64,000 nucleotides of DNA. Source: the human T2T-CHM13v2.0 reference genome, Homo sapiens. This document shows positions 20,868 through 35,814 of this stretch, piece by piece; position 1 is the first letter of the stretch; each line of letters starts with the position of its first letter. The notes under the pieces are model-generated. The model had not been told where the DNA came from and did no database searches. It saw nothing but the letters and a program-made list of their open reading frames with translations. The translations under genes were made by a program, and so were the position numbers. The stretch lies in the NCBI RefSeq assembly GCF_009914755.1, contig NC_060926.1; one strand, given 5' to 3'.

Positions 20868-21650
20868 CTTTTTTTTCTCTTTTTTAAACAGGGTCTCACC
20901 CCATCACCTAAGCTGGAGGGCAATGGTGTGATTGTGGCTCATTGCAGCCTCGACCTCCTGGGCTCAAGCTATCCTCGATTCTCCCACCTTAGCCTGCTGA
21001 GTAACTAGGACTACAGGCATGCGTCATCACACTGGTATAATTTTTTAAATTTTTTTTTTGGTAGAGACCAATACAAGTCTGTAAGTATGAGCCATCTATA
21101 AACCAGGACAGCTGTAAAATGGGGCTGATGATTCTCCTATAAAGATGTTTATGAGAATAATATGAAAATCCTTATGTCCCATTCTCCCATGGAGATGAAT
21201 GAAGTTATGTTGACATCAAAAACTCACGCTTCCTGCTCTTACCACCTTGATCATACGTGATCTCCAGGCCCCTGCAAAGTCATCTGAAATATTTCTTCTC
21301 AGGAAATGCCTTACCTGTGCTCAAAGCCAGCCTGCCAGCCTCAGTCGATGTATGGCATCTTCTCTGTTCTTTCTCCTGCCCCAATTCTTCCTGTCTGTGC
21401 CCAATGCCAAGGGTCAGTAGCTTTTTCTGAAAATACCAGCTAGTCAATATTTTAGGCTTTGCAGTGCACACAGTCCCTGTCACAGTGACTCAACTGTGCA
21501 AGAATGCAGCCATCGACAGTATGTCTAGCTATGTTGCCCAGGTCTAGCTATATTGCCCAGGCTGGTGTTGAACTTCTGGCCTCAAGTGATCCTCCTGCCT
21601 TGGCCTCCCAAAATTCTGGGATTACAGTTGTGAGTTCCCATGCCCAGTGC
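20868..21650 (-). mobile_element. AluJ-like element split by a ~440-bp inserted segment
   Basis: Right arm 20868-21068 ends at gtagagac; left arm resumes at gtctagctatgttgcccagg (21523). Confidence 0.85.
21085..21525 (-). repeat. Inverted duplication, inserted copy
   Basis: Reverse complement of 18710-19157, located inside an Alu. Confidence 0.95.
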
Positions 21651-21855
21651 AACACGGTTTTCTATTAAAACCTCTCTTTCCTTGATCTTTCCTGGGCTGT
21701 GTTGGCAAACAGCTCCTGCAAACTCCCTGTTCCAGGGTCTGAGTTGATGGGTGCTGGCTAGATCAGTGAGGCCTCAGGTTTTTTTTCTTTTTGTTTTTGT
21801 TTTTAATACACTATGCCCTGGATTTTTGGCTGCTGGCTCATACTCCCTCTGGTGC

Positions 21856-21868
21856 CGTAATCATTAAC
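21856..21868 (-). promoter_or_regulatory. Putative HNF1 site in the relic proximal promoter
   Basis: Reverse complement GTTAATGATTACG versus consensus GTTAATNATTAAC, about 83 bp upstream of the pseudogene ATG. Confidence 0.5.
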
Positions 21869-21950
21869 TCCTGCAAGAAGCCCACAAGACAGACAGACAT
21901 CAAAGCCCCTGTTTTGCTCAACAAGAGGCAGTGTCTGTTGAAGTCCTGAG

Positions 21951-23025
<1,075 letters not shown>

Positions 23026-24249
23026 ATGAGCCCATAAAGTCACTTCTGGGGGTAAAATCTCTGAACTTCAGCAACTCCAATAATTGGAGCTGCAATCATC
23101 CAGATTTGGGGTGATTAAGACTATGAGCAATCCAGCTGGAAATAAGGGCTCCCCTCCTGCATGCTGGCACTTGCATGCTAGTCCACTGACCATCCCAATT
23201 AGTTTATGTAATTATAGAAATAATCACTTTGCAAATAAGCAGAGAACTTTCTAGTAATATACCCACGGTCTCCATTTTCTGCTCTGCGAGGTGGGCATTA
23301 TGAGCTCATTTTTCACAGGGGAAACAGGTTTGGAAAGGGAAAATGATTTTGCGGTCACACTGCCTGTAAGAGACCATGCTCAATGCCTCAGCTCTATGTC
23401 TATCTCCTGGATCATCCTCTCCAGAACACTGCAGCAGGTAGTTAATTCACAGTTGTCAGAGCCTGGGGGCTACTATGGGACATAGCACACTTTGGACAGG
23501 GGAAGACCCAATCCTACCTGGCTCACCCCACTTGTGGGACCTGGGCTGACTAGTCCCTGCCCTGGTGGGGACGGTCTTCAGGACAGCTTGGGATTCAGGT
23601 GAAGCATTTGGATCTTTGGTTACTGCAGATATTAACTCTTTCCTATTTTAAATATATTTGCCTGGGATATTATTTGTTTTATTTTTTTCCCTGTGGAAGT
23701 TTTAAATTCTCACAAAGTGAAAACTTCGTGTCTTTTCCTCTCTGTCCTCTGGGCTGGCTTAAGGGCCATTACAGCTCTCGCAGTCTTGGCAAAGGCTACT
23801 TGGAGTGGGGTTTGGGAGATGTTGAGAGAAGATGAGCAGCTTGGAGATAAGTCCATGTGCAGAGAGAGAGCCAGGGAGAGAGCCAGGAGTTCTGGGACCT
23901 GGTTTTAATTTTTGCATGTAATTCCTTGAGCGTCAGTTCTTTGCCTATAAAATGGGATTGTAATAGCTGCCCTGCCTACCTCACAAGGCTTTGGGATTTC
24001 AATGACAATCACCTTTGGACGGCTAGGCCTCTGAGTGCCTTAAACAGGTCTACAGGTGCACCTCTTAGGTGAATGGTTCCCTGTGGTCAGGTTGGTTCTG
24101 GGGGTAACTGGGAACTACAGGCAGGGGCACTGGCTCCTTCAGTTCACAGGGCGAGAGCCCTCTCTCTCTGAACCCACACGCTGGGCTCAGAGCTGGACTT
24201 GGGAAAGAATAGGGGGTCCAAAAATGAGGCAGACAAGACCCCATGCTTA

Positions 24250-25280
<1,031 letters not shown>

Positions 25281-25893
25281 CGTATAGAGCATTTTTGACA
25301 AATGTGAGTTTCAAAGCAAATATAAAGCCGTTCCTCTGAATGCTGGGCATTTGGGATTCTGGCTCCAACTTTGCCCTCTAAAGTACATGTTAGGTGTGTC
25401 TTTGTTTATTTCATACTTTTTTTCAAGAAACTGCAAAACCTTTGCCAAACTGGGGCCAGCCTTATGCCCAGACTCCCTGGGATTTGAGTGAAGAATGAAG
25501 GTACCTGAGCATGAAATCAGAAAATCTGTTCTTGTTGTCTTGGCCAGAAACCTGTCTGTGGCGCAACTCAGGGCTCTGCAATCATCACAGCTCTTTAGCT
25601 GGTGGGAGAGCTCCCTAAGATGAGGTCAAGTTCAGAGGCAAACCCAGCCTCTGCCCTCTGACTGTGGGGCTGGGCCATGCGTGGTGGGTGGTCATCTTGC
25701 TGAAGCCATCCCACCCCGAGACCTGTGGGAGGGAACACTCCACTCTACTGGCCCACTTTGGCTACTGGCAGCCTCATCTGAGTACCTCATTTGGGAGAGC
25801 CATAATTCCAGCACTGGAGTGATGAGGAATTTGCTGCTATGCCTATGTGGTGGTTGGGGCAATTTCCTTTGCCCTCAGAATCCCCGATTTTAG

Positions 25894-26058
<165 letters not shown>

Positions 26059-27669
26059 TAGGGCTGGGAGGGACCTGAGAGGACCCACCTCATACGAGAA
26101 TCCACTGGTGTGCAATTGGCTTCACTTTCACAAATTTTCCACGTAGCCCACCAGGCAGTGTGACTGGCAAGGCAGAGCAGCCCAACGAGGCTTCCTGGGA
26201 GAGGAGTCTGGAGCCAAGCCTCCAAGGGCAGATGCAGCCTGTGGCAACACAGCTATGTGGAGCAGCATGAACAATCCAGACACCAAAAAGGGCAAGGCAT
26301 GTCTGCGCCACAAGGAAATATGTCAGTGAGTGAGAGCAGCCTCATCGCTGGGGCTGATCACAGGGACCTGAAGTGAGTCCTGAGATTACTATTCAATGCC
26401 ACCATGACTTCCCTTCCATACCCAGCTCTGAAGTTTTCCGTGGGCAGATCTCAGCCCTGGCAGAAAGATCTGAACATTGCTTTTTATATCATGCTGAAGA
26501 GGGGAAGGCATGCTAATCAGAAGCAGATGCTTAAATGTGGGGAGGGCCTTATCTGGTGGGTGAGAGGAGGCCTGTTTGGGACCTTGGTGCAGCCCCCATG
26601 GGGGTTGCTCTGTGCCAAGCTCTGCAAGATATCTACCTGCATCTTGGTAAAGAATCGCCTCTTCTCTGTTTCGCTGAAGGTTATGTTTTAAATTTCAATA
26701 ACAGCAACGCTGTGTTCGAATGCACAGTTTGGTACCGTGCCCAAACAGCAGCGAAGGAAAAAGCCTTGCAAATGCGTGCCTGGCTTTCCCAAGGTAAGCC
26801 AAGGGACACCCAGATCATGCCCTCCAGGAGACCAGTGGTGCCTCAGACATGGCTTCTTCTGAAGTGTCTTCCTACTTGGGGGTCTAAAGATGCCAATCTG
26901 CGACTGGTTTGAGCCTGGAAAATCTTAGAGTTCTGTGGGTCCAGAAGGAGTCCTCTTCTGTCCATTTGCTCTGGGCTTCAGAATGGTGTTCAGGGCTGGG
27001 GGTGCAGAGTGGGAGGAACTGTCTACACTCAGGTTTAATGCACTTTTCATTCATTCCTCAGAATGAACTGAATGTCTGTTCAATACATTTATTGGGGGAC
27101 TCTAGGTCAGCTGGGGGCTGAGGCTGCAACAGTGTGAACCGATCCAAGTGCCCAAAACCTCTGTGTCTAGACCCTTCCCTGCCTATCTTCTCCATTGGGC
27201 CTCACCCATGCAGAGGCCGAGCAGTGAGGAGTCCCATTTTACAGACCCCCAGTGATTCCCCATTTCCAGTTGCAGAAGCCAAGGGTTGCAGTAGAAGCCC
27301 CAGTGTAGTGGCCCTCAGTCTGGGCCAGAGTCCTGAGAACCCAGGAACTAGGCAGGGTTGGGGCAGTGGGTCCTGAAATACTCCAGCTGGATTGATCAGG
27401 GAGTAGCAGACTAATGAGATCTTTAACTTCTCTGCCTCCTGTCTGTGGTTGATCCTGCTGAGAATTCTTCTCCTTCCTAGCTACCTGAATCTCTTCCATT
27501 CTTCAAGGAGAGCCCAGCTTCTGGTCCTCCTCATTCCAGAAGCTTTGGTGATCACTCCACTCTTCTCCCAGCCCTGCCAGCCCCCTTGTACCTCTGCTGC
27601 TCTGATTCTAATTAATGACCCTCACAGCCTCCCAGCCCATCTGCCTGAATGAGTGTCTAGGCTGTGTGT

Positions 27670-27685
27670 GGGGGGGGGGGGGGGG
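27670..27685 (+). repeat. G16 homopolymer
   Basis: Read directly from the sequence. Confidence 0.98.
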
Positions 27686-27848
27686 CCGTGAGCTCAGGAG
27701 GAGGGGCACCTGGCCTGACTCATCCCCCAGGGCGTGGCACAACTCCTTGCTGCTGGGATGAGCTCACCACTGTGCTGTGGAGCTTGTCCTGGTCACCTGA
27801 GCAATGCCTCCCTGGCTAACATGTGCCCCCTTCTCCCTGACCCTGCAG

Positions 27849-27983
27849 CAGAACCTGGTGTGGGCACTAGTGAGGGCCATCCCCCCTGGTCACCAGCCTG
27901 TATATCCTGGTCAACCTCAGTTACCTGCTAGTGCTATCACCCAGTGAGACCCTCTCTGCTGACGCTATGGCTGTGAACTGGGG
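27849..27983 (+). pseudogene. SLC7A15P: SLC7A15P exon 2 remnant
   Basis: Acceptor ccctgcAG|, QNLVWALVRAIP, extra C in the C6 run at 27881-27886, LVTSLYILVNLSYLLVLSPSETLSADAMAVNWG, donor |GTGACT at 27984. Confidence 0.88.
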
Positions 27984-28167
27984 GTGACTGCATCACACGG
28001 TGTGTCCTTTGGACACCGAGCAGACTTTCCAGGCTGGGGAAGGAAAGTGCTCCCTGTGTATTTAAACTTGTCTTTGAATGTGTCGCTTGCTCCATTTCTG
28101 AGTGGGGCCTTGTGGCTTCTTCCAGGGTGCTGTTGGAATTCCTTCCCCTGATCCCTTGATTTCCTTG

Positions 28168-28289
28168 GAACCAGGTTCTGGGCCTGGCTGGTGCCCTTGG
28201 CTGTTGCAGTCTCAACATTTGGTTCCATCAGTGAGATGTTCTTCAACGGAAATCGTTTGTGCTATGTGGCTGCAAGAGAGGGCCACGTG
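28168..28289 (+). pseudogene. SLC7A15P: SLC7A15P exon 3 remnant
   Basis: (G)NQVLG, frameshift, AWLVPLAVAVSTFGSISEMFFNGNRLCYVAAREGHV, donor |GTGAGA at 28290; the acceptor position reads TG rather than AG. Confidence 0.85.
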
Positions 28290-29061
28290 GTGAGAGATGG
28301 GGCCTGGGCCTGGGCAAGAAGGTGGGGCTGCAGGAGGGGTGCCACAGGGCCAGCCAGCTACGCTTTCTCCTGCCTGAAGCTTAGCATTTGGCCCAAAACA
28401 GGACTTTCCCTGTAAGATATAGCCCTCTTTTCTTCTGAGGATGGGACTTAGGCACTCCATACTTCTCAGCTTTAACTCTAATCCCTTTACTTCTGGGTTT
28501 TTGGGAGATCACAGTACGGAGTCACACTAGGTCGGGGACTGGCAATAAAGATATTTGTGCTCGTTGGTAGTGCGGGGGCCATGGGGAGGAGAGACAATAT
28601 TAGTGCGGTTGTGTACCCTCTGGGTCTTCTCCCCCTGGGGACTCTGCGCTGGTGTTACCTTTGACTGCAATACTGCTGAATAATAGACCCCAACTCTCAG
28701 TGGCTTGCAACAACATTTGACTGTTGTTCCCAAGTCAAGGGGTTGGCTGTGGCTTGGCTTCAGGCTGTGGCTTGCTTGGGGTCTCACCTTGGTCTGAGTC
28801 TATCCTTATCTCAGGTACTAAGGTCAAGGCAGTAGCCACTACTGGGGGCATGATATTGCCTATAGCAGGTAACAGAGGTTCAAGAGACCAAGCCAAACTA
28901 CATAAGCATATTTAGAGAATCTACTTGTCACTCCAGCTCACATTTTATTGGTCCAAGCAAGTAACACAGCCAGACTCCACGTCAATGAATGGGGGACTGA
29001 TATTCCTCCCACAAAGGTGGGGAGAGGAAGGCTGAATATTTGATGAATAATAATACACTCT

Positions 29062-29370
29062 TGGCTGGGCGCGGTGGCTCACGCCTGTAATCTCAACACT
29101 TTGGGAGGCTGAGGCGGGCAGATCACCTGAGGTCAGGAGTTCAAGACCAGCCTGGCCAATATGGTGAAACTCCATCTCTACTAAAAATACAAAAATTAGC
29201 TGGGCGTAGTGGCGGGCACCTGTAATCCCAGCTACTCAGGAGGCTGAGGCAGGAGAATCACTTGAACCCAGGAGGTGGAGGTTGCGGCGAGCCGAGATCG
29301 AGCCACTGCACTCCAGAGTAGGCGACAGAGCAAGAATCCATCTCAAAAAACAAACAAACAAAAAAAACCA
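29062..29370 (+). mobile_element. AluS
   Basis: Full-length consensus. Confidence 0.95.
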
Positions 29371-29607
29371 AAAAAACAGTCTCCACAGTAATCCCATATT
29401 CCTCTCCATGGTCCATCCATACCTGCTGTGTCCTCTCCTCCCTGGACCTGGTTACCCCAGGTGAACCACAGAGACCTACCTCTGGAAGCTGTGGTGACTA
29501 GTTACTGTTAGGTTGGTCATTCTGGTGTCCAGAGTGTGTTCGACCGGGGAAGAGATGCTCCCTGTGGCTCCCCTGGGGCCTGCTTGACACTCAGCTCTGC
29601 TTTCCAG

Positions 29608-29732
29608 CCCTGAATTCTGTCAATGGCTCTTATTTATCGTCCCATACCAACTCCAGCCCTGATGTTCACCATGGCTGTGGCTTTGGTCCTGGGCATTCCA
29701 GGAAGTTTCAGTACCACCGTGAACTTCATAAG
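29608..29732 (+). pseudogene. SLC7A15P: SLC7A15P exon 4 remnant
   Basis: Acceptor tttccAG|, P*ILSMALIYRPIPTPALMFTMAVALVLGIPGSFSTTVNFI, TGA at 29611, donor AG|GCAAGT. Confidence 0.87.
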
Positions 29733-31219
29733 GCAAGTGAGACGGTCCTCCCACATCAGGTATCTGAAGCCCCCGTGTGTACACATTCACACACATGCAT
29801 GTGTACATAAACATGCATGCACACCCCTGGACCCCTCCCACTATATACACACATATGTGTAGTACATGTAGTCATAAATGTGCACACACCTCTGGAGACC
29901 CCTGTGTGTACACACTCACACTTACATGTGCATATAGATGTAGACACACCCATGCACACTTCTGCAAGCCCAGGCTCAGGTCCCCTGAACACGCATCTAC
30001 ATTTCAGCCATGCTTTCCCAGTCGTGTTTCCAAAATTAAACATGGCTCTCTCCTCTCTTGCCCTGTTTCTAAAAATTCAGTAAGACATATGTTTACCAAG
30101 AGACAGACACATTAAAGGCTTCTGCTGTCTTTGTCAGTTTTCCTTTTTTCTTTTTCCTTTATTCTGTTGCTAAGATGATGTTAAGGAATATTCAGGCATT
30201 ATTCTCGCTACCTGTGTAGCCCCCGGCTGTGGTACGATTTTTCCTTTATGGTCGAGGTCTGCATTCTGAACTCTGGCCTAACATGATCTCTACTGAACGC
30301 AGGTCAGAGCCACAACCAATCTGCACAGGCACAATAATCATGTTCTGACCCCATTTATTACTTTCTCAAGGGCAGAAATTGATGGGCTGTTATGATATGC
30401 AGTTTATGATCTCATTTGAAGCAGGGTCAATGGGCAGCAGGCAAGCGTAATGTCTGGGTGCAGAGGGAGTTCTCAGAAGTTTTTAAAATTATTATTTATA
30501 TACTTATTTTAAATAAATAGAGATGAGGTCTTGCTATGTTGCCCCGGCTGGTCTTGAACTCCTGGACTCAAGTGATCCTCCCACCTCTGCCTTCCAAAGT
30601 GCTGGATTACAGATGTGAGCTGCCGCACCCGGCCCAGAAGAAGTTTTTAAGCATTGCCCGTTTTCTTTCTCTGTTGTCATAGGCTAATTAATTTGGAACA
30701 GCTTGTACTGTGCTTGATGCGACTCTCTTAAGAACAGTAAGTAACATACAAGGGTTTTTTCTTTTATTTTTTTCCTATAAGAAAGAATAAAATCAGTATA
30801 CGGTAAGAACAAAATCAAATCCATAGTGAGCTTAGGGGGACTTTAGGCTGAGACTGGGGAATGTGGTTGAGGATGTCTCTGCAGAATGAGGATTCCTGAA
30901 TGGTCCATCCCAAGTAGGACCCAACATCTCCCAGCACTGACCATCTCCAAAGATAACCTGGTCTGGACCCTGCTTCCAGGGTTAGGAGTTTTTATCAGAC
31001 CTACATCAGCCACCCAACTACAAGCACTGGGGAGGGCACAGCAAAGGGTTTGTCTGGGTGCTCAGTGGCCCAGCTCACCATGCCACCAGCCCAGAGGGAA
31101 ATGATAGGTGGTTGTTGGTGGGGGTGGGGGTTCTGCTGTGGGTGTGCTGTCCCTGAAGACAGCACAGGCTTCCTTGAGATTCTACCAAGATTTTCTTTTT
31201 TCTTTCTTTAAGAGAGGAT

Positions 31220-31380
31220 CGCTGGGTGCGGTGGCTCACACCTGTAATCCCAGCACTTTGGGAGGCCGAGGTGGGTAGATCAGTTGAGGTCAGGAGTTTG
31301 TGACCAACCTGGCCAACATGGTGAAACCCCGTCTTTACTAAAAATACAAAATTTAGCCAGGAGTGGTGGCACATGCCTGT
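31220..31380 (+). mobile_element. Alu truncated early in its right arm
   Basis: Left arm and A-rich linker end at ..acatgcctgt, then the exon-5 stub begins. Confidence 0.9.
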
Positions 31381-31396
31381 GCCCCCACCTTACAAG
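31381..31396 (+). pseudogene. SLC7A15P: 3' stub of SLC7A15P exon 5
   Basis: ccc cca cct tac aag|GTAAGG (PPPYK plus a strong donor) joins in phase with VPTF of exon 6, matching the LAT 'RPxKV' motif; directly fused to a truncated Alu. Confidence 0.65.
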
Positions 31397-31937
31397 GTAA
31401 GGTCTTACGAAGTCTGCAAGGTAGACTTTGAGACAGACTTTGGGCTTTTCCAACCCTAGGCTCCTGCGTGAGGCAGGTCTTTGGGCCACAGCCTCATTCA
31501 GAGCCAAGAAGAAGACTGTACGGGGCTGCCACGATCATTATATTTGGTAGAGAATTTCCATATTTTTCTGGGGCTGGAGGGACAGTTGAATCACAAGGCA
31601 TTAACTTTGCTTGCCAGGGACTCATTTCTCCTCTTGAGGACTCGGAGGGAAAACAGATGCAGAGAGAATCCGTGCACACACTTGGGTTCACACAGCACAG
31701 AGAGCAGAATGCTGGCTCCCAAGGCTCTGCTCCCTGGAGAGCCTCCAGTAGCCCAGCAGGTGGCTCCCCTGGTCCAGGCGAAGTTTAATGGCAGGGAGTG
31801 GAAGAGAGGAGCTGCCTGCAGGTGTAAACAACAGGAAGGCAGGCAGGAGGGACAGAGCCTGTGGACCACACACTACCTCCTGTTCCCCCTTCATCATCTG
31901 GGTCTCAGGGGCCAAATCCCCACCGTGCCCACTGCAG

Positions 31938-32169
31938 GTTCCCACCTTCATTCCCGCCATCACACTCCTGGCTTATCTCTACTGGTGCTGGCGCCCGTCA
32001 TCAACCATCCCCAGACAGAGTTCCTAAACATCTTCCTCTTCCTGCTCAGTGGCTTCCTGGTGTACTTCCCACTTGTCCACTTCCAGTGCCAGCCCAGGTG
32101 TTTGCAGCTGGCCGCTCTACATCTCTAGATGCTCCTGGAAGTTGCTCCAGACACTAAAATATTGGCTGA
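31938..32169 (+). pseudogene. SLC7A15P: SLC7A15P last exon remnant (TM11-12 and C-terminus)
   Basis: Acceptor actgcAG|, VPTFIPAITLLAYLY, -1 frameshift near 31983, LVLAPVINHPQTEFLNIFLFLLSGFLVYFPLVHFQCQPRCLQLAALHL*MLLEVAP; TAG at 32126; end point (TGA 32167) is approximate. Confidence 0.88.
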
Positions 32170-32894
32170 AGGACTGGACAGGTTCTGCACTGCCCTCTTT
32201 GCTGCAAACACCTCTATCCCCACACAAGTGGCCTTGCCCAGTTCTCTGTAGGTTGACTTAGTGCTGTAACTCTATGATAGCTCAGCTGTCATAGAGTTCT
32301 GGGTTACCCTCTCCTGAGAGTGCTCCCCTTCTCTAAGAACTGTTCCTTCAACGTTCGACGCAGCCAAGCTGGTGTTACATGATGGCCTCTCTGGGTCATA
32401 GTTCTTTCATAGTTTTTTTGTAGCCTATGTGGGCAGCATGGAATAAGTTTCCTTCTTTGGGATTTTGGTATGAGAATTCGGTGGTCCAATTCAGGCTCAG
32501 ATGGTTGCTCAAGCTAAAGCATTGCCAATCTTGGGCTCTACGTGGGGCCATCTTTTATCATGTGGGCAGAGAAGTAGAGAAAGCCATTGTGGTGGGGAGA
32601 AAGAAGATCCTTAATGACATATGCTGAGAAATTCTGTGACCCCAAGGATCTGGGAAGGAAATCTGAGAAAGTAGTGGCTTTGATTTCTGATTGTTTTCCA
32701 GTTCTGGTCCCTGTCTTTCTGTGGTCTAACTGCCATCTAATGATCTTTCTTGGTTTTTGATTGTCTGAGACAATGTGATACCTTGAAATAAATTTCCCAT
32801 CATAACTCAGGTGAATTAGAACAGGCTCCTATTTCTTGCAACTAGAAAAATTTCGGCTCTGATAAGCCTTCTTGTTCAGGAAGAAACAATAGTA

Positions 32895-33243
32895 GAAGTC
32901 CTCTGCTTATCCTTCTGGAATACATTCCAAGACCTCCAGTGGATGCCTGAAACCATGGGTAGTACCAAACCCTATACATACTATGTTTTTTAGACCTGAT
33001 AATCAAGACGGCTGCTAAGTGACTCCCACATGGGGAGCATATACAAGATGGATATGCTGGACAAAGGGATGGTTCATGTCCTTGGCGGTATGAGGTGGGA
33101 TGGTGAGAGATTTTGTCATGCTATCAGATCAGTGTGCAATTTAGAACTTATACATTGTTTATTCCTGGAATGTTCCATTTAATATTTTCAGACCTCTGTT
33201 GATCACAGCTAACTGAAACACTGGATAAGAGGAGACTATGGTA
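32895..33243. mobile_element. MER44-like Tigger MITE
   Basis: agtcctctgcttatcc ... ggataagaggagact inverted ends. Confidence 0.7.
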
Positions 33244-33689
33244 CTTTAGTTTCTGTTTGAAGCTACCTATTGGTTTGAATAGGGAAAGAAGCAAGAGACA
33301 TATTCCTGGGAAGGAGAGGTTATCAGATTTGAGTAGAAGAGAGGACAGTCACATTTCTAGAAGAAAGGATGAAAAGTTGGAGCTAACCCCAGAAGGCTAA
33401 CCTGGTTATGGGACTAAATAGAGACAAAGGAGCAGAGAAATCTGGCTGCCCGGGGGAGAAAATGGCAGAGGATGGAAAGACACAGGGCCTAGAAAGAGGC
33501 TGGGAGTGCAGCTCCTGGGTGCACCCCTGGATGTGACTCAGAGAGGGGCTGATGACGCTGTTCAGTGTCTGCACTCCTGAAAACTGGGCCTGGGCAGCCT
33601 GCACGTGGCTTTGCTCATTGACGTGGAAAAGGTGGCAACACCTGCTGTATGAACCTTTGTCTTGGCAGGTTTTTTGCTTACATCAATGA

Positions 33690-34420
33690 ATCCTCCATTT
33701 CTTTGACACAAACTGAATGTCCAACAGTTCAATTCAATTCTAGACTTCACAGGTTTAGGGACTGAGTCCCACAAGACTGCCCTCACTTCAGACACTAGTT
33801 GCAAGTATTGGGTGCCTGGGTCACCCACATTTCTGTCTGACTTGGCTACAAAGTTGGGGAATTCCACAGGCTCCCTCTTCAGGCTTGAAAATTTGCAAGA
33901 ATGTCTCAGATGTCTCAGGAATCCATTTAACTCACTATTACCAGTTAATTTCAAAAGACACCACTCATGTACAGCCAGATGGAAGAGCTGAACCAGGCAG
34001 AGCATGAGGGAAGGGCACAGAGCTTCCACGCCCTCTTCCCAGTAGCCACGCTTTCGGCACCTCAAGGCGTTCACCAATCTGGAAGTTCCCCAAATCCTGT
34101 CATATAGGGACTTTATGGAGGTTTCTTTACATAGACATGATTGACTAAATCATTGGCCATTGGCTGGACTCACTCTCCAGCGCCTATCTCCTCCCCAGAG
34201 GTTTAGGGATGAGGCTGAAAGTCCCAACCCTCTAATCATGCCTTGGGCTTTCTGGCAAGGAGACCCCATCCTGAAACTATCCAGGGGCCCTCAGCCACCT
34301 GTCATCTCATTAGCATACCAAAGTTACTCTTATCATTATGGAGATTCCAAGGGTTTTAGGAACAGTGTATGAAGAACTAGGGACATGAGCCAAATACTTA
34401 TTTTTTGTTATATCACGCTC
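33690..34420. mobile_element. MER21-like LTR
   Basis: gtcccacaagactgccctcacttcagac..tgaaagtcccaaccctctaatca..ggagattccaagggttttagg. Confidence 0.7.
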
Positions 34421-35814
34421 CTTAATTATAAACACTTTATTAGCCCTGTTCCCCAGAACACAGCTGCCAGTGAAATTCTAGGAAAATCTTCACATTCCTT
34501 CTCCTCCCAGCAGGACAGCCTGCCTTAGAGAAAAAGATTCCAAGAGAGACTGGTCCTATCCAGCTCCTCTCAAAAGAGGCCATGAATTTGGCTGAACATT
34601 CGCCAGGAAAGGCTCTGGGGTCTCCAGCAGGAATTAGTCCTTTCCTCCTTTGGCCTCCCACCAAACTGCTCCTGTGCCATTTGTGAGCTTTTCTGGGTCC
34701 TGGATGCTGGGTTTGGCTGTGTGTCATATTGCCCTCTGGGCTGAAGGTTTGGTGAGCGTGGGGGCTCGTTCTCAGATTCGTCTGTACATCCCTCAGTTCC
34801 CATCATGGTTCTGGGCTCCTTGCTGATCAATGATACTTGGTGAATCAAAATAATGAAATATTTGTTGAATGATGAGAGAATGACTCACGTTTCTATTTTT
34901 AAGACTTGCACTCATGCTCATCTTCCCCATGGCCCTGGCTCCAAGGCCCTGTCCTGAGAAGGTTCTCTAAGGAGGAAGGACATCTTCCATGTCTTGAGCA
35001 GTCCCCTCTAGCTGTCATGGACACATGCCTGGAGGTGGGAGGCAGAGTGGGTGGCTGAACCAGGTACAGGCTAGGTTCTGGGTCATGCACCTGTTAGACC
35101 GAGTCTCACTTCGTTATTCAATCTTCCCATCCTTCCCCAGACCAACTGCCTTTCGGCTCCCACTCCTCTTGTGTGGAAGAAAGCACCAAGGTGGAAGAAA
35201 GTACCCAAAGCAGGACTCTGTGATGGCAGCTTCTTACCCCCTCAAATTACCTGGCACACCTTCCCCGAGCTCCTCTCCTGCCCCCAGCCCTTTCATGGGC
35301 CCCGGGATGGTAGTGGGGGGTGATCCCAGATGGGCATCTGAGACTTCTCAGGGAATTAGTATGTTGGACTTTCTTGCCCCAAGTGAAGATCATGGTCTCC
35401 ATAGTTATTTCTCTGCTATAAGGTCAGGGATGACATAGTAAATGTCACGGTTCTGGCCTTTGGCCTGGAAAAAAATGTTCTGAATCTTGGGGACAAGATT
35501 GGTGGATCACCTGAAGTCAGGAGTTTGAGACCAGTCTGGCCAGCATGGCGAAAACCCCATCTCTACTAAAAATACAAAAGTTAGCCAGGCATGGTGACAC
35601 ACACACCTGTAATCCCAGCTACTTGAGAGGCTCAGGCAGGAGAATCATTTGAACCCAGGAGGTGGAGGTTTTAGTGAATCAAGACCACGCCACTGCACTC
35701 CAGCCTGGGCGACAGAGTGAGACTCTGTCTTCAAAAAAACGAATGACATGGAGTAGAGCCAGCCCGCAGCTAACCCTTTATGGGCATATAGTGTGAGCAA
35801 AATTAACCTTTTGT

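Noticed and set aside
29776-29960. CA/TG-rich stretch giving His/Thr/Cys-rich ORFs (similar at 795-960)
   Set aside because: Degenerate purine-pyrimidine simple repeat, not coding.
31481-32128. 215-aa ORF
   Set aside because: Only the last ~48 codons are transporter-like (frameshifted exon 6); the rest is intron read-through.
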